Notes: generated by a model from the letters alone, not told the origin. A stretch of DNA of 64,000 bases from Mobula hypostoma (GCF_963921235.1 NC_086097.1:151840001-151904000); one strand, 5' to 3'. Shown: positions 36,471-49,144, counted from the first letter of the stretch. Numbers and translations are program-made.

Positions 36471-39400
36471 TAAGTCTGTGACACTCTCTCTTCAGGAATA
36501 CACGTTCACATTTGAACAATGGGCATAATTGGAAAAGTTGAGGAATACTGGGACTCACAATACTCCTGGAATGTTAATGTTGAATATTTGGACTTTTATT
36601 TTTGTGGTAAATGACATCACTGATGGCAATGACAAAGCTAGCATCTTGCTTAGTGTATGCGGTCCAAAAACATTCATCATCCAAAGTTCAGTGAGCTCTG
36701 ATTTACCACCTTATGTTGAGCTTGTGAGATGAATTTGGTCTCATTACAATCCTAAATCATTAGTTATTGTACAACGATTTAGATTCAACACTCATAATCA
36801 GTTAGAAAATGAATCAGTAGCTATGTTTGTTGCTGAATTAAGAAAACTGACCGAATGTTGTGATTTTGGCGCAGTTCAAGAAGATATGATATGAGATTGC
36901 TTGGTCATTGGCGGGTGTGATGTTCGCATTCGATGTCACCTATTGGCAGAACCAGAGCTCACACTTAAATCAACCTTTGATACCGCAAATGGCATTGAAG
37001 TGGCAGATAAATTGCAGTTTTTGTTGTAAAAGTGCAAAGTACAAAGAGAGGTGGTGTCTCCATCAACTACAACTGCAGCAGATTATACTGACATTAACAA
37101 AGTGTCCCCTGCTACAAAAAAAAGGAATTATACTCCGGGTTTCCAATATTACCATTGCGATGGATTTCACCAAGACACCGAGACTCTGTCTGCCATACTT
37201 GCCAAAAGAAAGGACATTTGGGAAGAGTTTACTGATCTTGGCCTCCATTCAAACCAGAGCATTCCACAGTAGCACAGTGCGTGATTACGGAGCCAGAGGC
37301 GTTCGTAATGCACGCAGATGGTCTAGGGCCAGTTCGCCCATACAGATGGTTTTACAGATCAACGGTAGACCCATTTCCTTTGATCTTGACACTGGTTGTG
37401 CTATTACTTTAAGCAGTGAAAAGACATGGGTAGATATGTTCGACCCTGGCTCATTGAAGGCACTAATGCCACTGCAGTACAGGCTGAAGACTTACACGGG
37501 GGAGCAGTTACAGCAGCCTGATTGAGATAGGGTTCTTCTTGAACATGAAAATCATGCACACCAACTACGAGGGCATATCACTAAAGGGAGAAGGAGGGAA
37601 ATTACTTGGGCGTGACTGGCTACAGAAGTGCCTGTCCTAGGTGTGTATTAGATGAAAACTGACATGTCGGTCGAGAGCTTACTTGAATGGTATAAACTTC
37701 GTTTCAGCAATCCTGATGAAGGTAAGCTCAAGGGTACAAAAGTATGTCTTCCAGAATCAGGTACAGCCAGACCAAAGTTTTTCAAGGCACGTATGCTTCA
37801 CCCCAAAGTTGAGGTGCAGCTTACACGAATACAAGAAAATGGGATCATTAAACCTGTGAGATTTTCACAAAGGGCAACCCTTATTGTACCAGTAGTCAAG
37901 AGTGATGGGAGCATAAGCATACAGTATGTGTATGTGGAGATTACAAGCTCACAGTGAATTCATGCCAGCCACTGAGACATACGTGATTCCAGAGACAGAA
38001 GGAACATGAGGAGGTAGAAAATTCTTCACTAAACTTGATCTTGCATACGTGTACCAACAGCTTGAGCTGGAAGAGCAGGCTAAGAGCCTCACTACTGTTG
38101 CAATGCACAAGGACTTGTTCCAGTATACCAGGCTCCCATTCAACATAAATTCATCTCCAGCAATATTCCAACATATCCTGCATTAAAGACCTGCCCATAC
38201 AGTAGCTTACTGAGATGATACTTGATTATCAGATTGACCCTGGAAGAGCAGCTGAATAATCTTGATAACACCTTCTCCCGATTAATTCAACTTGATGTTT
38301 GACTAAAGCATGAGAAATGCATCCTTCTGGCAGATCATGTAGAATACGAGGGTTTTCGCTTGGATTCCAAAGGTATACATCCAATCAAAGAAAAGCTTCA
38401 CCCCATTCTTGAAGCCCCAGCACCAAGGAATATCCATGAACCTTGCTCCTTTTTGGGCATGTTCAATCAATATCCCAGATTTTTGCCTCTCACAGCTATG
38501 CTTCTTGCTCCGCTTAATCTGTTACAGAAAGGTAAGACATGGTATTGCGAATGGGCAGAGAAATCTGCTTTTCATAGAGCCAAACAAATGCTGACTCAAT
38601 CCCGAGCATTAATGCACACCAGACCCAGGGTACCAACAGTTTTGTCCTGTGATGCCTCTCAGCACGGCGTTGGTGCAGTGCTAACTCAGAAGGATAGGGA
38701 CAGTGATGTAAAGCCTGTCGCTTTCGCATCACACACCCTCAACCCTGCCAAATGAAACTATGCACAGCTGGACAAAGAAACAGTTGACAGTTGTTTTTGG
38801 GGTCATGTGTTTTCACCAGTATTTGTACGGCCAACAGTTTGAGATTCACATGGACCACAAGCCGTTGGTGGGATTGTTTGGTGAGAGCAAGGCTGTGCTG
38901 CAGATGGAGTAACCAAGGATGCAAAGGTGAGCCCTATGCCTGTCCACTCATAAGTACATGATACCTTATGCTCCCAGTAGAAACAACTACACCGCAGCTG
39001 CCTTCCATTACGTGAATATCCTCGTGAGTCAGAACTTCCAGATGAACTGGTACTGCTGATGGACCAGGTCAACTCATCTCTGATCACTGCTTCTTAAGTA
39101 AAGGAAGGAACTGAGTGAGATGTAACTTTGGCACAAGTAAAAATGTACGCTGAAGATGGATGGGCAACTAACGTGTCTGAAACTGTGCTTCCCTATGCCA
39201 GACGTCAAAACTAGCTTAGCATCTACGACCATTGACTATTGTGGGAAACTTGTATAGTAATTCCTACACGATTACAGTCCCCTGTCCCGGAAGAGTTACA
39301 TTGTGCATCCAAGAAGATCACCTATGAAGACACTAACCCAGAATTACGTTTGGTGGCCAAAAATTGATGAAGACATTGAGCACATTGTTAGAGCATGTGA

Positions 39401-40356
39401 CCCATCAGCAGTCTCGACCTTTAAATGCTCCTGTACTTATGGTTCCATGGCATTGGTCCACCAAGCCCTGGAGATGTTTACACGTAGACTATACAGGTCT
39501 GTTAGACGGTCACATGCTAGTAGTAGTCATCGATGCATATTCTGAGTGGATTGAGGCCTAAGCAGTGAAGACTTTTACCAGCCAGAAGACGATGAACATT
39601 TTATGGACACTATTTTGTACACATGGAATCCCCGATACTGTGGTCTGTGATAATGGTCCCACATTTACAAGCCAGGAATTTAAAACTATTTTTACAAGAC
39701 AATGGAGTTTGATTGCAACCTATGTCCCCTTATCACCTATCATCAAATGGTGCGGCTAAAAGAGCTGTTCAGACTGGCAAGCAGGCAGTACAAAAGTTGA
39801 ATGGTGACATACACATAAGGATGAACCAGTTTTTGTACTGGTACCAAATAACCCCACAAACTACCACAGGTTTCTCTCCTTCTGAACTATTGATGGGCCA
39901 TGGGTTGTGTTCCTGATTGGATTTATTGCGCTCAGAGCTGGAAAACTGAGTAAAAGACAATGAAAGTGCGGAATGATTCCAATACGGAACATTGGAACTT
40001 TGAGGTGGGAGATCCGGTTTATGTTCGCCCAGACCCTGAGAGCCGAAGGTGGGTGAAAAGAGAAGTTGTGGTGAAAGAGGACCAACAGTTACTTCTGCAC
40101 TTGAGGATGGTAGTCTATGCCACCAATATCTAGACCACATCAGGAGATGGCTAAGTGAATCCCTCATTCCAGAACGAACTGGTGAACAAGATGGGTTAGC
40201 ACCACAACCTATCCAAGCAGAATCCCCAGCTGAAAAACATTGAGTTCTGACCGGCACTCAGTCATGGGGTTTCTGGATTGCACCGATCAGAACGGACCAG
40301 AAAACCAGTGGAATATTATCAAGCTGGTTTCGCCTAAAAACTTACAGGGGTAGGGA

Positions 40357-40575
40357 TGTCCTATCCACCGTGTGATTATTTATCAGTCTGTCATGAGACA
40401 CACGATTGGTCAAATTCCTGGGCTTGTCCATTTATTAATTTACGTTTGACCGACTAATCCTGTGCGTGTGAATGTGTTCATTGTTTCTGGGTGACTACAA
40501 GTCAAGCAGACCTACTCGGTTGCACTACACGATTAACTTTCTGTTCCAATCTTTGGGTTTTCCTTAATTGTAACA
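40357..40575 (+). repeat. 3' LTR of the Gypsy element (219 bp)
   Basis: Starts TGT after the PPT, ends AACA; its 3' ~120 bp align to 36350-36456. Confidence 0.88.
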
Positions 40576-42530
40576 AGTTTTTCCCTCTTAAACTGCTGGG
40601 TGAATTCTATGATATTGTGATCACTCCCTCCTAAGGGTTCTTTACCTGTAGCTCTCTAATTAAATCTGGTTATTATACAACATCCAATCGAGAATTGCCT
40701 TCCCCCTAGTGGCTTCAACCACAAGCTGCTCTAAGAAAGCCATCTTGTAGGCATTCTACAAATTTCCTCTGTTAGGATCCAGCACCAGCCTAATTTTCCT
40801 GATCTACTTACATATTGAAATACCCCAACACTATCATAAATGCCCTTTTTACATGCCTTTTCTATCTCCTCTTGTCATTTGTATCCCACAGCCTGGCTAC
40901 TATCTGAGGCCTGTATATAACTCCCATTAGGGTTTTTAAACTCTTTCAGTCTCTTAACTTTACCTATAGGGATTCTACATCTTCTGATCTTATGCCACCT
41001 CTTTCTAAGGACTCAATTTAATTTTTTACCAAAAGAGCCACTTCACCTCCTCTGCCTACCTTCCTGTCTGTTTGATACAAGGTGTATCCTTGGATATTGA
41101 GCTTGCAACTATGATCTTCTTTCTGCCACGACTCAGTGATTCCCACAACGGCATGCCTGCCAATTTCTAATTGCGCCACAAGATCATGCACTTCGTTCTG
41201 TACACTGTGTGCATTCAGATATGATCCTTCAGTCCTGTATTCATTGCCCTTTTTGATTTTGCCCCCACGTTACAGTTCAACTCATCCCACTGGCTGCAAT
41301 TTTGCCCTGTCACCTGCCTGACCTTCCTCACAGTCTCACTACACATGGCACCTGCTCGTATACGAACTGCCCCATCCTCAGCCCTATTATTCCAGTTCCC
41401 ATCCCACTGCCAAATTCATTTAAACTAACTTCAGTAGCTCTAGGAAACCTGTCTGCAAGGATATTGGTCCCCCTTGGGTTCAGGTGTATCCCGTCCATTT
41501 TGTACAGGTCATACCTTCCCTTGAAGAGATCAAGATGATCCAGAAGTCTGAAACACTCTCCCCTGCACCAGTTCGTCAGCCATGCATTCATCCTTTTCTT
41601 ACCCTCACTGGAACGTGGCACAGGCAGCAACTTTGGAGGTCCTGCTTTTCAGCTTTCTACCTAACTCCCTATATAGTCTCTTCAGAACCTCCTCCCTTTT
41701 CTACCTATGTCGTTGGTACCAATATGTACCATGACCTCTGGCTGCTCACCTGCCCCCTTTAAAATGCTGTGGATCTGATCCAAGACATCCCTGACCCTGG
41801 CACCTGGGAGACAGAGTACCATCTGTTTGATGTTGTGGGGTTTGCCAAGGTTGCAGACGCTTCATCACCCATCGGGGTGACATCCTCAGTGCGCAGTTGT
41901 TGACGTTTCACCACCATTCTAAATACCATCTTTGTTTCTTTTTCACACGCACAGAATCTCCTTTAACTCCCTATCACTACTGCATTCCTTTCCTTCTCAC
42001 TTCCCTTCTGAGCCACAGAGCCAGACTCAGCACCAGAGACCTGCACACTGCTGATTTTCTCTGGCAGGCCATCCGCTCCCATCAGTTCCCGGTGGTATAC
42101 TTATTACTGAGGGGAACAGCCATGGCGTACCCTGCACTGGTCCTTTCTCTTTCCTGACAGGTACCCGGGTACCTGACTCTTGCAACATAGGGGTAGCTAG
42201 CTCCCTGTAGCTCCAATCTATCACCCCCTCATTCGCCCATATGAGCCGAAGTTCATCCAGCTGCAGCTCCAGTTCCTTAACATGGTTTCTAAAGAGTTGC
42301 AGCTCAATGCACTTCATGCAGATGTAGTTTTCAGGGAGACCGGAGATCTCACACAGTTTTCACATCTCACAGAAAGAACAGATCACTAACTCTGAATCCA
42401 TTCTCAGTGCTCTAGCTATTTACTAATAGATAGAGAAAGAGAAAAAAAAAGCTTATTAGAAACTTTCTAAGAACTTCTGCCTGCGCTTGCCAATCCTGTT
42501 GAGCCAAAGCCAGACCGTTCTAACACTGGC
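40576..42530 (-). mobile_element. CR1 5' half: 5' UTR, ORF1 (zinc finger/leucine zipper plus SGNH esterase) and ORF2 endonuclease
   Basis: Minus ORFs 'KCIELQL..VKELELQLDELRLI' and 'NAWL..WCR..DLYKMDGIHLN' (DGxH esterase motif typical of CR1 ORF1); EN piece EPLGGSDHNIIEF at 40585-40640. Confidence 0.9.
41825..41923 (-). mobile_element. ~100-bp Penelope family-A pLTR insert with mutated hammerhead inside CR1 ORF1
   Basis: 8-bp TSD TACCATCT (41817-41824 / 41924-41931); reverse strand GCA-CUGAGGA-U-GUCACC-ccgaug-GGUGAU-GAAG-CGUC-UGC. Confidence 0.75.
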
Positions 42531-44055
42531 CCACTTCCACAATTGTCACTCTGCTTACACCTCCCTTATTTTTATTGGCTTAAATAAAAACTCACTCCTG
42601 ACAAGATCTGCAGATTTCAAATGGTTACCACCTTGCAAGCCACCCCTCTCTCACTCGCTACTTCAAACAATGAATCAGTCCCACAAGATATGCAGTTAAT
42701 TAATTGCCTGAATTTGGATGCATGATAAGAAGCTGTGACTAAAGATTTAGACGAGCTTGATCCTCGGGCCTTATCTGAATAGAGAGCATTTCACGTAAAA
42801 CCCCTTCTTCAGACCTGTTCCTTCCTTCACACCAGCACTTTCAAGCTGCTGCTCTTTCCATCATTACCTGAAATCCAGGAATCCAGAAGACATTTTCTGG
42901 GGCTTGCTCACTTGGGATTGGTATGAATGCTTCTCAGAGACTAAAAAGGACAAAGTTCAAGAATGATAATGTACTTATAGGTAGACATGATAATTGCAGA
43001 TACAAATTTACGGCCGCATTATTGATCAGTTGATACAGTTGTGAAAATGATGCACACTACTGAATAATTAGGTGATCAATGCTAGCGACATTGAAAGTGT
43101 CCTCATCATGATCCCAGGAGATACTGAGCATTGTAACGCCATGTACGGTGAAGTAACGAGAACACATTCTATTCTATGTAACAATAGATAAGCGCCTAAA
43201 GTAAATGCCAGCATATTGGAATATACCGTAAATAACACAGAAAAGTGAAGGAAAGATGTGAACCATTCATGTAACAAAATGGTTTAAAACTGAGTATCAA
43301 CGATGCAAATTACTGCCATACTTTAATCAATAGATCCCCTTAAACTGCAGGGATAGGAAATTGTGTGTATTTTACATATCCTATAAAATTACATTTGACA
43401 ACTCAAGACTCAAAAACTGTAAGTTAATATGTCCGTAACAGGATAATAACAGCACAGTCATTCTTCATGCTAACTGGCTGCATTGGGAATTGCATGCCTT
43501 AATGTTGGTTAGCCTAACAAACACCTCATGTGTAGAAAGTATTACATAAACGAGTTGGTACAGTATAATGGCTGCCCTATGCAGGTAAACATGGCTACTC
43601 AAGCATATCTAAGCAAGCTAAGAGGATGATGATGCCCCTGAAGTTCTCACTATTAATTGCCGTCTGCTCTTACACATGGAATTGACGGTTAAATTGCTTG
43701 GGATCTATTCAGATCTTGATCTCTAAAATGTTAATATCAGAATGGGGTTGGAGTAACAATGTGCCAGTGAGCAGAAAATATCTGCTTAATGCCTGTGGGC
43801 ATCAGCTGAGAGACAATTGACCTCTGGACCAGGAACTCATAAATTCATCTGCCATTTTGAAATTAGAGCGCATAATATTTCTGGATGCTAAGTTGTATGT
43901 TTAAAAAAATGGTGCATTGGTGACGTTTCTATTCATCAATTGACATATAACAGATAGTACAACACGGGAACAGACCTTTTGGCTCATGATGTCTGCACTT
44001 ATTATGATGCTAATCTAAACTCATCCCCTCAGTCTGCACAAGGCTCATTTCCCTC

Positions 44056-46005
44056 TGTAAATTTGAAGACAGAAACGGGTGAATTTATTAAGGGGAACAA
44101 GGAAATGGCAGATGAGCTGAACAGGTACTTTGGATCTGTCTTCACTAGGGAAGACACAAACAATTTCCCAGATATAATAGTGGCCAAAGGACCTAGGGTA
44201 ATGGATGAAATGAAGGAAATTTATATTAGGCAGGAAATGGTGTTGGATAGACAGTTGGGTCTGAAGGCTGATAAGTCCCCGGGACCTCATGGTCTGCATC
44301 GCAGGGTACTTAAGGAGGTAGCTTTAGAAATAGTGGACGCATTGGTAATCATTTTCCAATGTTCTATAGATTCAGGATCAGTTCCTGTGGATTGGAGGGT
44401 GGCTAATGTTGTCCCTCTCTTCAAGAATGGAGGAAGAGAGAAAACAGGGAATTATAGACCGGTTAGCCTGACGTCAGTGGTGGGAAAGATGCTGGAGTCA
44501 ATTATAAAAGATGAAATTGCAACACATCTAGATAGCAGCAACAGGATCGGTCCGAGTCAGCATGGATTTACAAAGGGGAAATCGTGCTTGACTAATAGAA
44601 ACATAGAAAATAGGTGCAGGAGTAGGCCATTCGGCCCTTCGAGCCTGCACCGCCATTTATTATGATCATGGCTGATCATCCAACTCAGAACCCAGCCTTC
44701 CCTCCATACCCCGTGACCCCTGTAGCCACAAGGGCCATATCTAACTAGCTAATCTTCTGGAATTTTTTGAGGATGTAACTATGAAAATGGACAAGGGAGA
44801 GCCAGTGGATGTAGTGTACCTGGACTTTCAGAAAGTCTTTGATAAAGTCCCACATAGGAGATTAGTGGGCAAAATTAGGGCACATAGTATTGGGGGCAGA
44901 GTACTGACATGGATTGAAAATTGGCTGGCAGACAGAAAACAAAGAGTAGCGATTAACGGGTCCCTTTCGGAATGGCAGGTGGTGACCAGTGGGGTACCGC
45001 AGGGGTCAGTGCTGGGACCGCAGCTGTTTACAATATATATTAATGGTTTAGATGAGGGAATTAAAAGTAACATTAGCAAATTTGCCGATGACACAAAGCT
45101 GGGTGGCAGTGTGAAATGTGAGGAGGATGTTATGAGAATGCAGGGTGACTTGGACAGGGTGGGTGAGTGGGCAGATGCATGGCAGATGCAGTTTAACGTG
45201 GATAAATGTGCGTTTATCCACTTTGGTGGTAAGAACAGGAAGGAAATTATCTAAATGGAGTCAAGTTAGGAAAAGGGAAAGTACAACGAGATCTAGGTGT
45301 TCTTGTACATCAGTCACTGAAAGCAAGCATGAAAGTACAGCAGGCTGTGAAGAAAGCTAATGGCATGCTGGCCTTCATAACAAGGGGAATTGAGTATAAG
45401 AGCAAGGAGGTCCTTCTGCAGCTGTACAGGGCCCTGGTGAGACCATACCTGGAGTACTGTGTGCAGTTTTGGTCTCCAAATTTGAGGAAGGACATTCTTG
45501 CTATTGAGGGAGTGCAGCGTAGGTTCACAAGTTTAATTCCCGGGATGGCGGGACTGTCATATGTCGAAAGATTGGTGCGACTGGGCTTGACTACTCTGGA
45601 ATTTAGAAGGCTGAGAGGGGATCTTATTGAAACATATAAGATTATTAAGGGATTGGACACGCTGGAGGCAGGAAGCATGTTCCCGCTGATGGGCGAGTCC
45701 AGATCCAGAAGCCACAGTTTAAGAATAAGGGGTAGGCCATTTAGAACGGAGTTGAGGAAAAACTTTTTCACCCAGAGAGTGGTGGATATATGGAATGCTC
45801 TGCCCCAGAAGGCTGTGGAGGCCGAGTCTCTGGATGCTTTCAAGAAAGAGATGGATAGAGCTCTTAAAGATAGCAGAATCAAAGGTTATGGGGATAAGGC
45901 AGGAACTGGATACTGATTGTGGATGATCAGCCATGATCACAGTGAATGGCGGTGCTGGCTCGAAGGACCGAATGGCCTACTCCTGCACCTATTGTCTGTT
46001 GTCTA
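44056..46005 (+). mobile_element. CR1 LINE, 5'-truncated RT plus 3' UTR
   Basis: ORFs 43979-44665, 44781-45254 and 45329-45916 with standard CR1 RT motifs; tail (TTGTCT)n. Confidence 0.96.
44597..44748 (-). mobile_element. Antisense CR1 3'-UTR fragment nested in a CR1 ORF2
   Basis: Reverse complement closely matches 21800-21963; 5-bp TSD CTAAT (44592-44596 / 44749-44753) restores KSCLTN|LLEFF. Confidence 0.9.
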
Positions 46006-46209
46006 TCCTGCCTGTTTGTGTGTCTCCAAATGCTTTTTAAACATTCTATGTGTTTCTATCAATTCCCTTGTCAGCTCGCTCCAGTTGTCTATCATCCTCT
46101 GTGTAGAAGCCTTGCTTTAAACTTTCCCTTTCTCACAATGGAGCCCTGACTTCTAATATTTGACTTTCCTACTCAAGAAAATTGATTCTGACTATCTATC
46201 CCTTTCATA

Positions 46210-46870
46210 AGTCAAGTCAAGTCACTTTTTATTGTCATTTCGACCATAACTGCTGGTATAGTACACAGTAAAAACAAGATAACGTTTTTCAGGACCATGA
46301 TGCTACATGAAATAATACAAAAACTACAATGAACTATGTAAAACAACACAAAAACTACACTAGACTACAGACCTACCCAGGACTGTATAAAGTGCACAAA
46401 ACAGTGCAGGCATTACAATAAATAATAAACAAGACAATATGCACAGTAGAGGGCAGTAGGTTGGTGTCAGTCCAGGCTCTGGGTATTGAGGAGTCTGATG
46501 GCTTGGGGATAGAAACTGTTACATAGTCTGGTTGTGAAAGCCCAAATGCTTCGGTGCCTTTTGCCAGATGGCAGGAGGGAGAAGAGTTTGTACGAGGGGT
46601 GTGTGGGGTCCTTCATAATGCTGTTTGCTTTACAGATATAGCGTGTGGTGTAAATGTCTGTAATGGCGGGAAGAGAGACCCTGATGATCTTCTCAGCTGA
46701 CCTCACTATCCACTGCAGGGTCTTGCGATCTGAGATGATGTAATTTCCGAACAGGCGGTGATGCAGCTGCTCAGGATGCTCTCAGTACAACCTCTGTAGA
46801 ATGTGAGGATGGGAGTTGGGACTCAGCCTTTGCAGAAAGAAGAGATGCTGCTGGGCTTTCTTTGCTATGG
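46210..46870 (-). mobile_element. Rex1/Babar 3' fragment
   Basis: Minus ORF 'KDPTHPSYKLFSLLPSGKR..RLCNSFYPQAIRLLN'; AATAAAAAG(TGACT)n tail. Confidence 0.9.
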
Positions 46871-47390
46871 AGCTATATACTTCCATCAGTTTGTCCCTTG
46901 GGTTCCGATGCTGCAGAGAAAACAGTCAAAGATTTTTCATCCTCTTGTTATAGTTAATATTCTAATTCAGCAACGTCCTGCACTCTCTCCAAAGTCTCCA
47001 TATTTTTCCTGTAATGTGGCAACCAGAACTCCACACTGTCCTTCAAATGTGGCCCAACAGAAGTTTAATACAACTGCAGCATAACCTCCTGACTTTTTTA
47101 TTCAATGCCCCAAGTAATGAAGGCTTTCATTTCCACCCTTTGCACTTGTGTTGTTACTTTCGGGAAGCTATGGCCAAGATCCCTCTGCACATCAGTGAAT
47201 CTCAGCCCATTATTGACCAAAATTTGTTGGTTCAGGAATGGATACCTCATTGGTCTTGACCACAATAATTAATATGGTCACAAAAAGGCCTCTAGTAATA
47301 AGTTCAAAGTGAACTTATTAGTTTGATTTGCAAGTCTCCTCTTCCAGGAATGAGAATGCAAAGAAAATGAAGAAATCTTGCAAGAAATTT

Positions 47391-47600
47391 AAAGCAGCAA
47401 ACAAAGCAAATTCAAGATTCCAGCACCTGCAGTCTCTTGGGTCTGCAAGAAATTTCATAACCTAACTAAATAATTGAAGGTGATATTTACTCCAGTATAA
47501 ACACACAAAATGCTGGAGGAACTCAGCAGGCCAGGCAGCATCTGGGAAAAGAGTACAGTCAATAGTTTGGGCCAAAACCCGTCTGCAGATTTTCTCTTGT
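47391..47600. mobile_element. Two adjacent mini-insertions derived from Penelope pLTR ends, each with inverted segment and TSD
   Basis: TSD TGCAAGAAATTT (47379-47390 / 47444-47455); TSD TTAC(T/A)CCAGTATAA (47487-47500 / 47601-47614). Confidence 0.75.
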
Positions 47601-47638
47601 TTACACCAGTATAACTAGTTCTCTTTCATACAGACACT

Positions 47639-47641
<3 letters not shown>

Positions 47642-47670
<29 letters not shown>
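47642..47670. repeat. (CA)n microsatellite
   Basis: About 14 CA units seen directly. Confidence 0.95.
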
Positions 47671-47672
<2 letters not shown>

Positions 47673-48249
47673 ACCAAGCCATTCATACATTGCTTTTGTT
47701 CCTTAGCCATCATCCACCATCTGTACAGAGATCAGTGTGGTATAGGAGGAATGCCAGCTACACAAGTCTGTTCTCAAAACCAGAGAACACCCAGTTAAGT
47801 TTAAGTTGCCAAAGATGTTCACTTTGTGATTGACAGCAGACTTCCTTCTCACCCTCACAGCCATTCATGCTCCTGCATCTCCACAAAAATTTTTTCCCAC
47901 AATTTATCAGTGCATTCATCTTGCTTTTTGACTTGGCAAGGTATCAAATTAAGCTAACAGGAAGACATGGAGCAGAAGGAATAGGAAGGAAATAATGATG
48001 ACCACAATGCTTTGCTGCACCTGATATTTCACGGCAAAACCTCAGATGCTCATGGGGGGATTAAAGGGACTTCATTCTTGCACCAAGCTGGTGCAAGGAC
48101 TTGTTGATGGTGGGTTGTAGTTTCCATTCATCAACACGATCTTCAGCTGCTCAGAGGGTATAGTTGGATCTAGTAGCTGTGATAACATTGAGTGTACCCA
48201 CTCTAGAGTCCTAAACTTATGCCAAGATCTCAAGTCTCATAGTTACCAG

Positions 48250-48840
48250 TGTCAGAATCAGAATCAACATCACCAACATATGTTGTGAAATTTGTTAACT
48301 TAGTGGCAGCAGTACAATGCAATACATGATAAATATAGAAAAAAAGTCAATCAATTACAGTATATATATAATAGTTAAATTAAAAAGTGCAAAATCAGAA
48401 ATAAAGGTTTAGATGTCAATAATCACTAGTTTGAGTGGTGGGTTTACCCTTCCAGTAAAGGAAGAGATGCTTCAAGCTAAGAAAACAGATTAATCACAGA
48501 TATTTAAGCAGGGCCCATTTCAGAATCAGAATCAAGTTTATTATCATTGACATACCGTGTGTTGTGAAATTTGTTGCTTTGTGGCAGCAGTACAGCGGGA
48601 TATTAAAAATTAGTTATAAGTTATAGCAAATAAATAGTGCAAAATAGGAATAACAAGATAGAGGTCATAGGTCCATGGACCATTCAGAAATCTGATGGCA
48701 GAGGGGAAGGAGCTGTTCCTAAAACATCAAGTGCATCTTCAGGCTCCTGTATCTTCTCCCTGATGGTAGTAATGAGAGGAAGGCATACATTGCGTGGTGA
48801 GGGTCCTTAATGGTGGATGTTGCCTTCTTGAAGCATTCAC
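48250..48840 (-). mobile_element. Two Rex1-type 3' end fragments
   Basis: Both begin (CAGAAT)n..GTTGTGAAATTTGTT..GCAGCAGTACA, the reverse of the 3' UTR at 13260-13335. Confidence 0.75.
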
Positions 48841-49144
48841 TTGAGGAGTAAATTCTAACAAATTATAATTCTGCAAAGTATTTCCAAACACTAGTACATT
48901 CTTTATAAACTAGAAAATCATAGGAATAAGTTGCAGGTGAAAATGTTCTCTGTCACAGAAACTTTGGAAATAAATCCTTCTCGGATCGAGGCTGAGGATT
49001 AGACTCTGTGGCTTCATGTCCATAACTTCTCCCCTACCCTTAATGCCTACTAATATTTATATCTTGGGTGTTTAGGGGTGTGTTAGAGGGTAGAGGTGTT
49101 GATCAGCTTTACTGCTTATCTGTACTTTATGTTTTATATAATTC

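Larger units (their letters stand above)
36350..40575 (+). mobile_element. Decayed Gypsy (Mag-like) LTR retrotransposon
   Basis: 5' LTR remnant 36350-36456 ending ..TAACA; PBS-like GGCGATGAGGAT; gag with zinc knuckles (..CHTCQKKGH); protease LDTG; RT; RNase H 'CDASQHGVGAVL'; integrase 'WWP', 'IDAYS', 'DNGPTF', 'SNGAAKRAVQT'; PPT AGGGGTAGGGA; 3' LTR 40357-40575 (TG..CA). Confidence 0.93.

Noticed and set aside
43622..43810. Possible C/D-box snoRNA (ATGATGA..CTGA)
   Set aside because: No terminal stem or recognisable rRNA guide; spacing atypical.
45310..45882. Long antisense ORFs over CR1 copies (also 20774-21178, 55229-55639)
   Set aside because: Recurrent antisense shadows of the CR1 RT frame; no independent evidence of coding.
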